The translations under genes and the position numbers were made by a program. Positions 9,236 through 18,749 of a stretch of DNA of 32,000 bases are shown here, in pieces. Numbering within the stretch: the stretch's first letter is position 1; each line of letters opens with the position of its first letter. Source of the stretch: Methanobacterium sp. UBA176 (GTDB taxonomy: Archaea; Methanobacteriota; Methanobacteria; Methanobacteriales; Methanobacteriaceae); NCBI GenBank assembly GCA_002505765.1, contig DAVZ01000019.1, positions 1-32,000 of the forward strand, in the 5' to 3' direction. The notes under the pieces are model-generated. The model ran no database searches and was not told the origin of the DNA. It saw nothing but the letters and a program-made list of their open reading frames with translations.

Positions 9236-9647
9236 TGAAGTAACTCGAATGATAATACTCGGACCTTCAGCACAGATAAATTCTTCTGAACTTGTACAGA
9301 AAATCCATATGCTTGAACTTCCCCTTACAATTAAATCAACATGCTATGGAGCAATAATTCATGGCAAAGAAAATGTAGTAAAGGATGCTGTGGAAAAAAT
9401 AAGAAAACTTGATCCCTACAACATCTTTACAAAGGATAGGGGATTCCCTCCAGGAGATCCAAGGCGCTGCAGAGCTAAAAGAGGAGCTGCAAGGGAAGGA
9501 TTTCATCAGCTTGAAAAAGAATTCGAGCTCCTTGATTGTGTAAGGGAGGCACTGGAAAAGCCCAGGGAAGTTCACATTGAAAAACCAATTAAGATTGATC
9601 CTGATTCCTTAAAAAAGATTATTACAGAATGTGAGAATGAAGATTAA
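9216..9647 (+). CDS. Small conserved methanogen protein, probably methanogenesis marker protein 6 type
   Basis: The 143-aa ORF overlaps the upstream gene by 20 nt. It carries the motif [21 protein letters not shown]. The family call is tentative. Confidence 0.6.
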   Translation: MSKEKSDEVTRMIILGPSAQINSSELVQKIHMLELPLTIKSTCYGAIIHGKENVVKDAVEKIRKLDPYNIFTKDRGFPPGDPRRCRAKRGAAREGFHQLEKEFELLDCVREALEKPREVHIEKPIKIDPDSLKKIITECENED

Positions 9648-9694
9648 ATTAATTTATCAGATTAAAATAACCTAAATTGTCGAGGTATGATAAA

Positions 9695-10069
9695 ATGCAG
9701 ATAACTCCTTTTTCTAAAGGTGAAGAAATAGCACCAATTGCGCTTGCTATTCATGAACTTGTAAACGAACTTCCAACAACAATGCGTTCTAAAAATTCAA
9801 ACGGGGTTAGAATTGAAGATGGAGAGATAATAGATTATAATTATACAGGCCCCGTGTTAGAAAAAGTATTAAACGAAGGTGAAATTATCCATACAATCCC
9901 CGAAACTGGCCCTTATAGCGGCATTCCTGTTATTGTTGTTCCAATTAAAGAAAATGAAGAAGTTATTTGCGTAATAGGGATTGTTGATATAACAAAAGGA
10001 ATATTTAGTGATCTCAAAGAAATAACAAGAAGACCTCAACAAAGAAATCACAGGGGGGAGTTTTATTGA
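9695..10069 (+). CDS. Small conserved archaeal protein of unknown function inside the operon
   Basis: The ATG at 9695 has GAGGT 9 nt upstream; the track's TTG at 9677 is less likely. Its end overlaps the next gene's start by 4 nt. Confidence 0.6.
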   Translation: MQITPFSKGEEIAPIALAIHELVNELPTTMRSKNSNGVRIEDGEIIDYNYTGPVLEKVLNEGEIIHTIPETGPYSGIPVIVVPIKENEEVICVIGIVDITKGIFSDLKEITRRPQQRNHRGEFY

Positions 10070-10512
10070 AAATAGCCATATTTCCTCCAAATTCATTAAT
10101 CTTAGCGGATTTAATTGAAAGAAAAGGACATGAAGCTCTTGCTTTACAAAAAGAAATAAGAAAAAAAGTTATAGATCCAGAGATTGATTCACCGCCATTT
10201 AACATTACAGAAGAAGAACCTATAAAAGGCCTTAAATATGCTGCTATTGAAGTACCATCAGGTGTAAGAGGTAGAATGGCCATATTCGGACCATTAATCG
10301 ATGAAGCCGACGCTGCAATTATAATGGAAGAAGCACCCTATGGATTTGGATGTGTAGGATGTGCAAGGACAAACGAACTATCCATGTACTATTTAAGGAA
10401 GAAAAAAATTCCGATTCTAGAATTGCAGTACCCTACATCAAGAGAAGAAGCAATAGAAATGGTAAACACGATTAACACATTTTTAGATGGACTGGAGGAA
10501 AAAAATGGTTAA
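10066..10512 (+). CDS. Small conserved methanogen protein, probably methanogenesis marker protein 5 type
   Basis: It uses a TTG start preceded by GGGGGAG. The N-terminus [19 protein letters not shown] and the motif [12 protein letters not shown] (CxxC) are present. The family call is from memory. Confidence 0.6.
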   Translation: MKIAIFPPNSLILADLIERKGHEALALQKEIRKKVIDPEIDSPPFNITEEEPIKGLKYAAIEVPSGVRGRMAIFGPLIDEADAAIIMEEAPYGFGCVGCARTNELSMYYLRKKKIPILELQYPTSREEAIEMVNTINTFLDGLEEKNG

Positions 10513-11734
10513 AATAGCCCAGATATCATGCGGAACAGAGTACAGCGGTATTCAAAAGGAAATTGAAAAAGCTGCTGCAACATTTGGCGCTGAAATTGTT
10601 ATTCCAGAAGCTGATCTGGATTATATTGACGAAGCTTATCATAAATTTGGTTTTAATGTTGCAAGTTCAAGTATAAGACTGATGATAGCCAGAGCCATGT
10701 CCATAGTTGAAGGAAAGGCAGATGCTGACGCTGTATTTATAGGAACATGCTTTAGGTGTGCCGAAGGAGCACTGGTTAGGAACGAGGTAAGACGGTTCAT
10801 ACAACAAAACACAAATTTACCTGTGGTAACCTATTCTTTCACAGAAAGAACTAAAGCAGATGAGCTATTTATAAGAATGGAGGCACTATCTACAATAGTA
10901 GATAGAAAAAGTCTACTTGCACGTGAGAAACAGGAAGGTCTTACCATTGGAATAGACTCGGGTTCAACCACCACAAAAGTCGTTCTAATGGAAAATAATA
11001 GGATAATAGGTACAGGCTGGCTCCCAACCACTGATGTGATCAAATCTGCTGAAGACGGATTGAAAAGTGCATTTGAAGGCACCGGATACAAATTGGATGA
11101 TATTGATGGAATGGGTGTGACCGGTTACGGACGTTTAACTATAGGAAAGCATTACAACGCAGATTTAATCCAGGAAGAACTCAGTGTAAACTCAAAAGGA
11201 GCCGTTTACCTTGCAGACCGTCAAAAAGGTGAAGCTACAGTTCTCGATATTGGGGGGATGGATAACAAAGTAATAACCGTTAACGACGGAATACCTGATA
11301 ATTTCACCATGGGCGGAATTTGTGCTGGAGCATCTGGAAGATTTTTAGAAATAACTGCAAGAAGGCTGGGTGTAGATATAAGTGAACTTGGAGGGCTTGC
11401 TTTAAAAGGAAACTATAAAAATGCACTCCTAAACAGTTACTGTATTGTATTTGGTATTCAGGACCTTGTTACATCCCTTGCTGCTGGAGGTACGAAGGAA
11501 GATGTGGCTTCTGCTGCATGTTATTCAGTAGCCGAGCAGGTTTACGAACAGCAGCTTCAAGAAATTGACGTTAGAGAGCCAATAATACAGGTAGGGGGGA
11601 CATCGCTGATTGAAGGGCTTGTCGAGGCTGTTAGCTCAATTCTCGGAGGAATTGAAGTAATCGTACCTGATAATTCACAACATATAGGTGCTGTTGGCGG
11701 TGCGCTTTTAGTATCCGGTTTGGGTAAAAAATAG
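10505..11734 (+). CDS. ASKHA (BadF/BadG/BcrA/BcrD-type) ATPase; methanogenesis marker protein 15 type
   Basis: The phosphate-binding motifs [14 protein letters not shown] and [12 protein letters not shown] are present, and the N-terminal domain has CFRC. The ATG at 10505 has GGAGG upstream and overlaps the upstream stop by 8 nt. Confidence 0.8.
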   Translation: MVKIAQISCGTEYSGIQKEIEKAAATFGAEIVIPEADLDYIDEAYHKFGFNVASSSIRLMIARAMSIVEGKADADAVFIGTCFRCAEGALVRNEVRRFIQQNTNLPVVTYSFTERTKADELFIRMEALSTIVDRKSLLAREKQEGLTIGIDSGSTTTKVVLMENNRIIGTGWLPTTDVIKSAEDGLKSAFEGTGYKLDDIDGMGVTGYGRLTIGKHYNADLIQEELSVNSKGAVYLADRQKGEATVLDIGGMDNKVITVNDGIPDNFTMGGICAGASGRFLEITARRLGVDISELGGLALKGNYKNALLNSYCIVFGIQDLVTSLAAGGTKEDVASAACYSVAEQVYEQQLQEIDVREPIIQVGGTSLIEGLVEAVSSILGGIEVIVPDNSQHIGAVGGALLVSGLGKK

Positions 11735-11743
11735 GAGAGTAAA

Positions 11744-12292
11744 ATGTTAGTTGAATGCTACGATAAAAGTGGTGCTGAAGTCTATGAAATGATAATAAAG
11801 CAGATAATGCAGGATGTTCAGATCGGCCGTGCTATTAGTGATATGAAAGTGTTTGTAGACCCAAGAGAGCCTGTATTCATTATTGCAGTTAAGTATGAAA
11901 AAGCAGCATCTCCAATTACAATTGACGATTTTACAGAATACGAATATAAAAAAGAAGAAAATAAAACAAGAATAAGAGTTAAAGATGAGACTTATTTACC
12001 TGATTTACTTCAAAAACTCTGGGAAACAGAAGGTAGAGAAAAAATAGAACAGCCAAGCAGATTTGAAATTGTGATAAATGATCCACAATTAGATCTAAAG
12101 GGAATGATTATTCACGACCCTTCAGAAGACCTAAAAAAGAAGATTTATGATGCCATTTTCAGAATAATTCCCGAAGGATTTAAGGTTGTTGATCACAAGT
12201 CAAAGGACAGTATAATTTCCATGTTATGTTCTGACGAGATAATTAAAGATGAATGGATTAAAAAAAGAGATAAGATGATTAAGGAATTATAA
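11744..12292 (+). CDS. 182-aa conserved methanogen protein, probably methanogenesis marker protein 17 type
   Basis: GGAGAG sits 4 nt upstream of the ATG. The size and the position after the ASKHA ATPase fit the conserved cluster. The family call is tentative. Confidence 0.6.
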   Translation: MLVECYDKSGAEVYEMIIKQIMQDVQIGRAISDMKVFVDPREPVFIIAVKYEKAASPITIDDFTEYEYKKEENKTRIRVKDETYLPDLLQKLWETEGREKIEQPSRFEIVINDPQLDLKGMIIHDPSEDLKKKIYDAIFRIIPEGFKVVDHKSKDSIISMLCSDEIIKDEWIKKRDKMIKEL

Positions 12293-12311
12293 GGATGAAA
12301 GAAGTTTGAGG

Positions 12312-13172
12312 ATGAATAAAATGAAAGAAAGCAAATTTGCCCATATGACAAAGGTGCATCCATGTTTCAACGAGAAAATGCACGATAAAGTTGGAAGAAT
12401 CCACGTTCCTATCGCCCCTAAATGCAATATTCAGTGTAATTTCTGTACAAGAGATATAAATAAATGTGAAATGAGACCAGGAGTATCATCCAGAGTTATG
12501 AATGTAGACGATGCTATAGAACATGTAAGGAAAGTTACAGCAGAAATGCCCATATCTGTCGTCGGTGTTGCCGGTCCGGGAGACGCTCTCTTTAATGAAG
12601 AGACATTTGAGTTTTTTAAAAGAGTTGATGAGGAATTCCCTGATCTGATAAAATGTATGAGTACTAACGGGCTTCTTTTACCTGATAAGGCAGATTTACT
12701 GGCTGAATTAAAGATAAACACCATAACAGTAACTGTAAATGCAATCGATCCAGAGATCGGAAAAGAAATCTATGCTGGAGTTTTCTATGATGGAAAGATT
12801 TACAGAGGCAAAGAAGGATTTGAAATACTCTCCAAAAATCAGCTTGAAGGGATAGAAAAGATATCAGAGAAGGGAATCGTTGTTAAAGTTAACGCAGTTC
12901 TAATTCCAGGATTAAATGATAATCACATTGTGAATATAGCTAGAGAGGTTAAAAAAAGAGGCGCTTCTTTGATGAACGTCATTCCATTAATACCCCTTAA
13001 CAAGTTTAAAGACTTAGAGAAACCGAGCTGTGCAGAAATTAGCAAAGTGAGAGACGAAGTCGAGGAAATAATTCCGGTCTTTAGAGCATGCAGTCAGTGC
13101 AGAGCTGATGCATATGGAGTTCCTGGTAAAAAGGACAAGCACCTTGATATGACTCCAATGAGTCATTATTAA
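12312..13172 (+). CDS. nifB: NifB-type radical SAM protein (stand-alone SAM domain, no NifX-like extension)
   Basis: HVPIAPKCNIQCNFCTRDINKCE closely matches the NifB signature around the CxxxCxxC radical SAM motif. The ~287-aa size is like the minimal methanogen NifB proteins. The start could be 12306, 12312 or 12321. Confidence 0.7.
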   Translation: MNKMKESKFAHMTKVHPCFNEKMHDKVGRIHVPIAPKCNIQCNFCTRDINKCEMRPGVSSRVMNVDDAIEHVRKVTAEMPISVVGVAGPGDALFNEETFEFFKRVDEEFPDLIKCMSTNGLLLPDKADLLAELKINTITVTVNAIDPEIGKEIYAGVFYDGKIYRGKEGFEILSKNQLEGIEKISEKGIVVKVNAVLIPGLNDNHIVNIAREVKKRGASLMNVIPLIPLNKFKDLEKPSCAEISKVRDEVEEIIPVFRACSQCRADAYGVPGKKDKHLDMTPMSHY

Positions 13173-13214
13173 ACCTTTTTTATTTTAAATCATATATTAA
13201 TCAAGGTAATTAAC

Positions 13215-14144
13215 ATGAAAACAATGTACTGGAAGGATAATCACCTTTTTTTATTGGATCAAACTGAACTACCTGATGAAATTACTTATTTTGAATGTAA
13301 AACCTACAAAGATGTTATTCATGCCATAAAAACCATGAAAGTGCGGGGCGCTCCAGCAATTGGAGTTGCAGCAGCCTTTGGAATGGCACTTGCTGAACTA
13401 GCTGGAGAAGACCTGCAAAAGGCAGGAGATGAAATTAAAGCTGCAAGGCCTACAGCAGTGAATCTCTTCTGGGCAGTTGATAGAGTATTTAATTCAGATA
13501 ATGTACTTGATGAGGCTTTAAAAATGTATGATGAAGATATAGAAACTAATAAAGCCATTGGAAAATACGGTTCAACTGTAATTGATAATGGAGACACCAT
13601 ATTAACACATTGTAATGCAGGTGCGCTGGCCTGTGTAGATTATGGAACGGCTTTAGGTGTAATAAGGGCTGCGTTCCATGAAGGCAAAAAAATAAAGGTC
13701 ATATGCGATGAAACACGACCATTTTGTCAGGGTGCAAGGCTCAGTGTCTTTGAGATGCAGCAGGAAAACATTCCAGTTAAGTTAATTGTAGATAGCGCAG
13801 CAGGGCGCATGATGCAAGCTGGAAAAGTCAGTAAAGTTATTGTAGGGGCAGATAGGGTTGCTAAAGGTGGAGTTGCAAATAAGATAGGTACACTAATGGT
13901 TGCACTTGCTGCAAAAAGGTTCAACATCCCATTTTATGTTGCAGCGCCAAAAAGTACATTTGACTTTGAAAATTCGATTTATGATACTGAAATAGAAGAA
14001 AGAGAACCTGATGAAGTGCTGTATTTTGGAGAATGTCGTGTTGCACCAGAAGGAACAGAAGTAGAGAATCCTTCATTTGATATTGTGCCTGGTGATCTGA
14101 TTACAGGGATAATCACTGAAGAAGGAATTTTAGAGCCGTTTTAA
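13215..14144 (+). CDS. MtnA / aIF-2B-related sugar-phosphate isomerase (methylthioribose-1-phosphate isomerase family)
   Basis: The N-terminus LFLLDQTELP...AIKTMKVRGAPAIGVAAAFG is diagnostic of the MtnA-type branch of the eIF-2B alpha/beta/delta family. Confidence 0.8.
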   Translation: MKTMYWKDNHLFLLDQTELPDEITYFECKTYKDVIHAIKTMKVRGAPAIGVAAAFGMALAELAGEDLQKAGDEIKAARPTAVNLFWAVDRVFNSDNVLDEALKMYDEDIETNKAIGKYGSTVIDNGDTILTHCNAGALACVDYGTALGVIRAAFHEGKKIKVICDETRPFCQGARLSVFEMQQENIPVKLIVDSAAGRMMQAGKVSKVIVGADRVAKGGVANKIGTLMVALAAKRFNIPFYVAAPKSTFDFENSIYDTEIEEREPDEVLYFGECRVAPEGTEVENPSFDIVPGDLITGIITEEGILEPF

Positions 14145-14246
14145 ATTGTACGTAAAATTATGGGTTGAGTAACATTTGAAAAACTCATTATTATTGTCTA
14201 ATAATTTAACTTACTCACCATCTGCAAAATCTGCTACGCCCAATAT

Positions 14247-15629
14247 CTATTCATATCTACTACATCCTTTTTTTATTCCAGAAAGCATGTCAGACTTCAC
14301 GCTATTGTATGCAGATATAGCTCCAGGACCTACATGCAATATTGTATCTCCTGGTTTTGAATATTTAATGGAAAGCTCTCCTGCAGCTTCCATGTCTTCA
14401 ACTGCAATTTTTAAGGCGTTTGAATTACAAGCTCCATCCAAAACTTCTTTGGCAGCATCCATGTTCAGGTTTCCAATGGTTTCATTGTATCCTGTAGCAA
14501 TTATAACTTTGGCATATCTACCAAGCAGGTTACCTATCCTATATTTGTCCCGGGGAGTGCTACTATCAGGATTGTCGATCAAAACCACTAAATTGTGCCC
14601 AGAAAAAGATTTTAAGGTAGGAAGAAGACCTTCAGGTATGTAGGCTGCATCAAAATACACTTCCCTTTCAGAATATTTTCCTAAATATTCCATATGGCCA
14701 GGGATTCCATTGAACTTACTCAATGCATTTTTTATGCTTTCTTCATCCAGACCATAACATATTGAGGCTGCGGATGCAGCTATGGAATTTTCAACATAGT
14801 ATCCTAACATTTTAATAGGAGTTTGAAATTTTCCAGCTCTGTTACCTACATCGTATTTGATCATGAACTTTCCATCTACCAACTCACCTGAAACATTACA
14901 TTCATTTCCTTTTGAACCATACCAGACCACATCGTTCCTGTTTACCAAATCCCTGCATTTTATATTGGCAATAAAAATATCAGGCATATTAACCATAAGC
15001 AGTTTACGGGCTATGTATTTATCCATGGATCCTTCAAATTCTGTAAGATGTTCTGGATAGATATTTGTGAGGATGCCTACCTTCAGCTTCACCTGGGACA
15101 TGAGCCTCAGGGTACCATGAGGAATTTCAAGAACTGCAATATCATTTTTCTTATGATAATTATGAATTATTCCATCAACTATGATCTCGCTAAGTAGATT
15201 TCCATGTTGGGATGAACATGTCCACACCCTATATCCTGCAGACTCAAATATGTGGGATATTATGTGGGTGGTACTTGTTTTCCCAAGTGTTCCTGTAATT
15301 CCAATTATATCTATGTCAATTTCTCTATCTATTATTTTTGCGATATCCTCATTTTTAATTAACTTCATCTTTTTTCGTCTGAACCTGGCATCTGTCGGTA
15401 TCGTGGGAGACACATATGCTGCGTCAAATCTTTCAAGCTCATCAGGTGCATCTGATCCTAAATGAAGCTCTATCCCTTCTTTTTCCATTTTCAGGAGAAT
15501 TTCTTGAATATCTCTTGGAAATTTTCTTAAAGGTTTTCTATCTGTGATAACAACATCGTTGCCAGCATGGTTTAGAATTCTTGCAGCAGGACGTCCAGCG
15601 TTACCTGCGCCAATTACTACACATCTCAT
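14247..15629 (-). CDS. Mur ligase family protein with a MurD-like Rossmann N-terminus; candidate coenzyme F430 synthetase (CfbE-like) or pseudomurein peptide ligase
   Basis: It has the Mur ligase P-loop GITGTLGKTSTT and the N-terminal motif VIGAGNAGRPAARIL. The ORF is 460 aa. The substrate cannot be read from the sequence. Confidence 0.75.
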   Translation of the reverse strand: MRCVVIGAGNAGRPAARILNHAGNDVVITDRKPLRKFPRDIQEILLKMEKEGIELHLGSDAPDELERFDAAYVSPTIPTDARFRRKKMKLIKNEDIAKIIDREIDIDIIGITGTLGKTSTTHIISHIFESAGYRVWTCSSQHGNLLSEIIVDGIIHNYHKKNDIAVLEIPHGTLRLMSQVKLKVGILTNIYPEHLTEFEGSMDKYIARKLLMVNMPDIFIANIKCRDLVNRNDVVWYGSKGNECNVSGELVDGKFMIKYDVGNRAGKFQTPIKMLGYYVENSIAASAASICYGLDEESIKNALSKFNGIPGHMEYLGKYSEREVYFDAAYIPEGLLPTLKSFSGHNLVVLIDNPDSSTPRDKYRIGNLLGRYAKVIIATGYNETIGNLNMDAAKEVLDGACNSNALKIAVEDMEAAGELSIKYSKPGDTILHVGPGAISAYNSVKSDMLSGIKKGCSRYE

Positions 15630-16195
15630 AACAATCCCAATACTATCAATAATTCAATGATATAACTTTTTTGCTCACCTGCATGCGAACCATCCAAGTC
15701 AGTGTAATATTAAAATAGTACAGTTTAAAATACACTGAAAACATATTGTTTTTTAGAAGATTTAATACTTTCTAAGATGGTGATTTCCATAACTAGAAAA
15801 TTAGTTAGAGTCTTAGAATTCGTTGTGATTTTCCAAGAATCTTTATCCTCTGTTTCAACTCCTCATATTGTTATACTCCCTCTGTAAAAGTGTTTTTTTA
15901 AATTTTTTTTGCATTTTGAGCATTAATAACTGTAAAATTTATAGTACGGAATTTTCTACTTCAATCTATATAAATCTTACGGTTATAAAAGCCTGAAACT
16001 GTTTATAAGAAGATTACAAAATGCGCTTTTATAAACGGAGCATGATGACATATTCATAAATCAAAATGAAATTATAAAAATTCTCAAAAAATTTATCACA
16101 CTAAGTCTTTATCATTTGCTAAATATGGATAGAAAAATTTCTATGTAAGTGTAAAAAAATTAGTTACAAACTGGAATTATTATTTTTTTTACCCT

Positions 16196-16291
16196 ATTTT
16201 ATGCGTGAAATGCAGTTATTCCCATTAAAAATCAGACTGATACTGAAGGTAATATTATTAAATTTTATGCGTGAATTGCAGTTATTCCCAT
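16196..16291. repeat. Two 30-bp direct repeats separated by 36 bp
   Basis: attttatgcgtgaaAtgcagttattcccat (16196-16225) and attttatgcgtgaaTtgcagttattcccat (16262-16291) differ at 1 position. Confidence 0.9.
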
Positions 16292-16741
16292 CGGAAGGTG
16301 AAGGCAGCAATAACTAAACCAAGGCAGAGGAGTGCCAAGTCACATTACTGCATAATCCTTTCATATCTTTAGAAGTTAATTGCCTTTTTTTTTAGATTCA
16401 TAGAATAGGCCCATTCCAGACAGGTAAAGAAGAATTTATTGTAATTATTGGATAAAGAATACCGGTTTCATGATTTAAATTTTCATAACAAACCAAAAGA
16501 AAGCTATTAAAAGAATTTCAGTTGTATTATCACTGTTAAGTGGAACCGGCTCTTTCCTATCCAAATAATCATTAAATAAATAGAATAGTGCCTGAATCTA
16601 CCAAATCTTTAATTGGATCATAAAATCATCAATATTTCTTGTAGGGAAATTATTTAAGTTCAGATTATAACCAAACTTTACAAGAGGAAACATGAAATTA
16701 TTTCCCAAACGTTAATAAATCACCAGTATACGAAATAGGCT

Positions 16742-17770
16742 TCAAACACGATCATCTTTCTCAAAATTTGAAAAAATATTTTTATTAATATTTTCCATAT
16801 CCGGGAACGGAAAAACATGGCCAACACCATCTAACCACAAACCTTTTGCATTTGGTATTATTTCTGCGAGTTTCCTTCCATGTTCTACAGGAATAATTGA
16901 ATCATCCATGCCGTGAATTACCAGGGTCGGTGCATTGAGTGTCTTTAATTTTTCATAGCGTGAGCCTGAAATGCTAACAGCAGTTTGATGCTGAAATATC
17001 GCCTTAATATTAATGCCCCTTCGTTTTCGAAGATTATAAAGAACTATCTCTGCTATTTCTTTGATGTCTAACTCTTCAGACCCCACAAATGCAATTGTTT
17101 TAGCAATGCGTTCTTTAATCAGATTTTTCTCGCCACCAATTAAACGGTACTTCAGTAATGGAATACCCTTCAAAATAGAATTAAGGAAATAACGTGACGA
17201 TAAGCCGGGAAGATCAGGGTCTCCAACATATCCTGATGTCATCATTAACGTAAGCGACCCAATTCGGTCCGGATAATTAATAGCAATTTCCTGTGCTATC
17301 ATTCCACCCATAGAAAGACCTACGATGTGGACCTTCTGAATTTTAAGCGTATCTAATACTGCAACAGCATCCCCTGCCATATCTACCAACGAATAAGAGT
17401 TCTTTCTGTTCCAATCTTCAACCCAGTCAGACATTCCCGTCCCTCTTTGATCGTAGCGAATTACCTGATATCCTGAATCAACAAATGCACGAACAAATTT
17501 AGGAGGCCAATCCAGAGCATTGCCCGCCAGTCCCATAATAAGCAGAACAGTTTCTTTCGACGAACCTTCAGGAGAAATACATTCATACCAGATATTCAAG
17601 CCATCTGATGATGCAAAACCAGTCTTGCCACCAATAACTTCAGGTAATTTACTATTTAAGACATTTTCGATTATTTCATTAGTTTCAGGTGGTAGTTTTG
17701 GTCCAGATATGTAGATATATATTAAAATAATTACCAATAGAATTAAAAAGATTGTAATAGGTAAAATCAT
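16742..17770 (-). CDS. Membrane-anchored alpha/beta hydrolase
   Basis: An N-terminal TM helix (ILPITIFLILLVIILIYIYI) is followed by the nucleophile elbow GLSMGG. C-terminal HG..D...P and GH motifs are typical of the fold. Confidence 0.8.
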   Translation of the reverse strand: MILPITIFLILLVIILIYIYISGPKLPPETNEIIENVLNSKLPEVIGGKTGFASSDGLNIWYECISPEGSSKETVLLIMGLAGNALDWPPKFVRAFVDSGYQVIRYDQRGTGMSDWVEDWNRKNSYSLVDMAGDAVAVLDTLKIQKVHIVGLSMGGMIAQEIAINYPDRIGSLTLMMTSGYVGDPDLPGLSSRYFLNSILKGIPLLKYRLIGGEKNLIKERIAKTIAFVGSEELDIKEIAEIVLYNLRKRRGINIKAIFQHQTAVSISGSRYEKLKTLNAPTLVIHGMDDSIIPVEHGRKLAEIIPNAKGLWLDGVGHVFPFPDMENINKNIFSNFEKDDRV

Positions 17771-17839
17771 ATTATTTCATCTCCTAAAAAAGAGATTAGT
17801 AATTTATTGTTATGTTTTATAATATCTGCCTTTTTTAGT

Positions 17840-18616
17840 CTATTCAAAAAATCCCTTTGGCGTTTCTCCTTCGAGGAAAGGTTCGATGAAAGCGATTAAA
17901 AGATCGGTCTGAGTAATGACAGCCGTATGCGATGTTGCCGGCATAACTGCCAAGCGCGAAGCCGATAACGGATTACCCATATCACCCATAATACCACCAC
18001 CAAGCAACCGAAACATAGCTATCGTATGTTCGAGCGTCGCACCGTCTGCATCACCAGCAATGATCAGTACAGGGGTTTTCAATTTTTTAACATCTTCTTC
18101 CAATGCCATCGGCTCCTTCTCGAGAGCTATCAGCTTCTCCACAAGTGCAGGAAACCCATCGGGATTAGGGGCAAGCTTACGATAGTCTAGAGCGAATGGC
18201 ATATTGAGAAACATTTCTACAGTCATTTGCGGAATGAAGTTCTTGAACTCCGGCTGCCAACCTTCAATATCATAAGCGCCTGAGCAAGATATAAGTTTAT
18301 TTACCTTCTCCGGATGACGGATGGCAAGTTGTAGTCCAGTTATAGCGCCCATGGAATAACCGAATACATCAGCTTTCTTAAGACCTATCGCGTCCATAAA
18401 AGCAGCTACATCATCTGCCAGGTTCGGATAGGTGATGGGGCGGTCAATGTCAGTGGTCCGACCATGGCCCTGGAATTCGAGTGCATAGACCTTGTGGGTC
18501 CTACTGAGTTTGGGGATTATTTCTCCCATTGATATTATGTTCATATAAGCACCGTGCAATACGATTAGTGGATCGCCCTTGCCGGAGACTTCATAATACA
18601 TTTTCATTCCGTTCAC
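17840..18616 (-). CDS. Alpha/beta hydrolase
   Basis: It has PLIVLHG, the nucleophile elbow GYSMGA and a C-terminal SH. It uses a GTG start with AAGGT upstream. The gene is G+C-rich relative to its flanks. Confidence 0.8.
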   Translation of the reverse strand: MNGMKMYYEVSGKGDPLIVLHGAYMNIISMGEIIPKLSRTHKVYALEFQGHGRTTDIDRPITYPNLADDVAAFMDAIGLKKADVFGYSMGAITGLQLAIRHPEKVNKLISCSGAYDIEGWQPEFKNFIPQMTVEMFLNMPFALDYRKLAPNPDGFPALVEKLIALEKEPMALEEDVKKLKTPVLIIAGDADGATLEHTIAMFRLLGGGIMGDMGNPLSASRLAVMPATSHTAVITQTDLLIAFIEPFLEGETPKGFFE

Positions 18617-18749
18617 GGATGCGTAATTACCTTTGCTTTTTATTAAAATTCCCCCTTATTTTCTCTTTCAATTTAATTTTCTTCCATATCAAAGTCTAAA
18701 AGCCACAATACCAATTTTATTGCTTATATTCGCCTATCTTGATAATTTA

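Noticed and set aside
12312-13172. Taking the NifB-like gene as evidence of a nitrogen-fixation locus
   Set aside because: No nifH, D, K, E, N or glnB-like genes are in the window. The operon context is methanogenesis-marker genes instead.
14176-14643. 155-aa plus-strand ORF overlapping the 3' part of the Mur ligase gene
   Set aside because: It is antisense to a well-supported CDS, and its translation is Ser/Pro/Leu-rich with no motif.
4817-16235. Shared 10-mer aaaaatcaga at 4817-4826 and 16227-16236, and its loose resemblance to a Methanothermobacter CRISPR repeat core
   Set aside because: This is a short A-rich match in an AT-rich genome and is expected by chance. The similarity does not extend.
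16196-16291. Calling the 30-bp repeat pair a CRISPR array
   Set aside because: There are only two repeat copies and one 36-bp spacer, with no cas genes in the window. The repeat lacks the termini I associate with archaeal type I/III repeats (GTT...GAAAx-type ends). It is kept as a repeat and a low-interest finding only.
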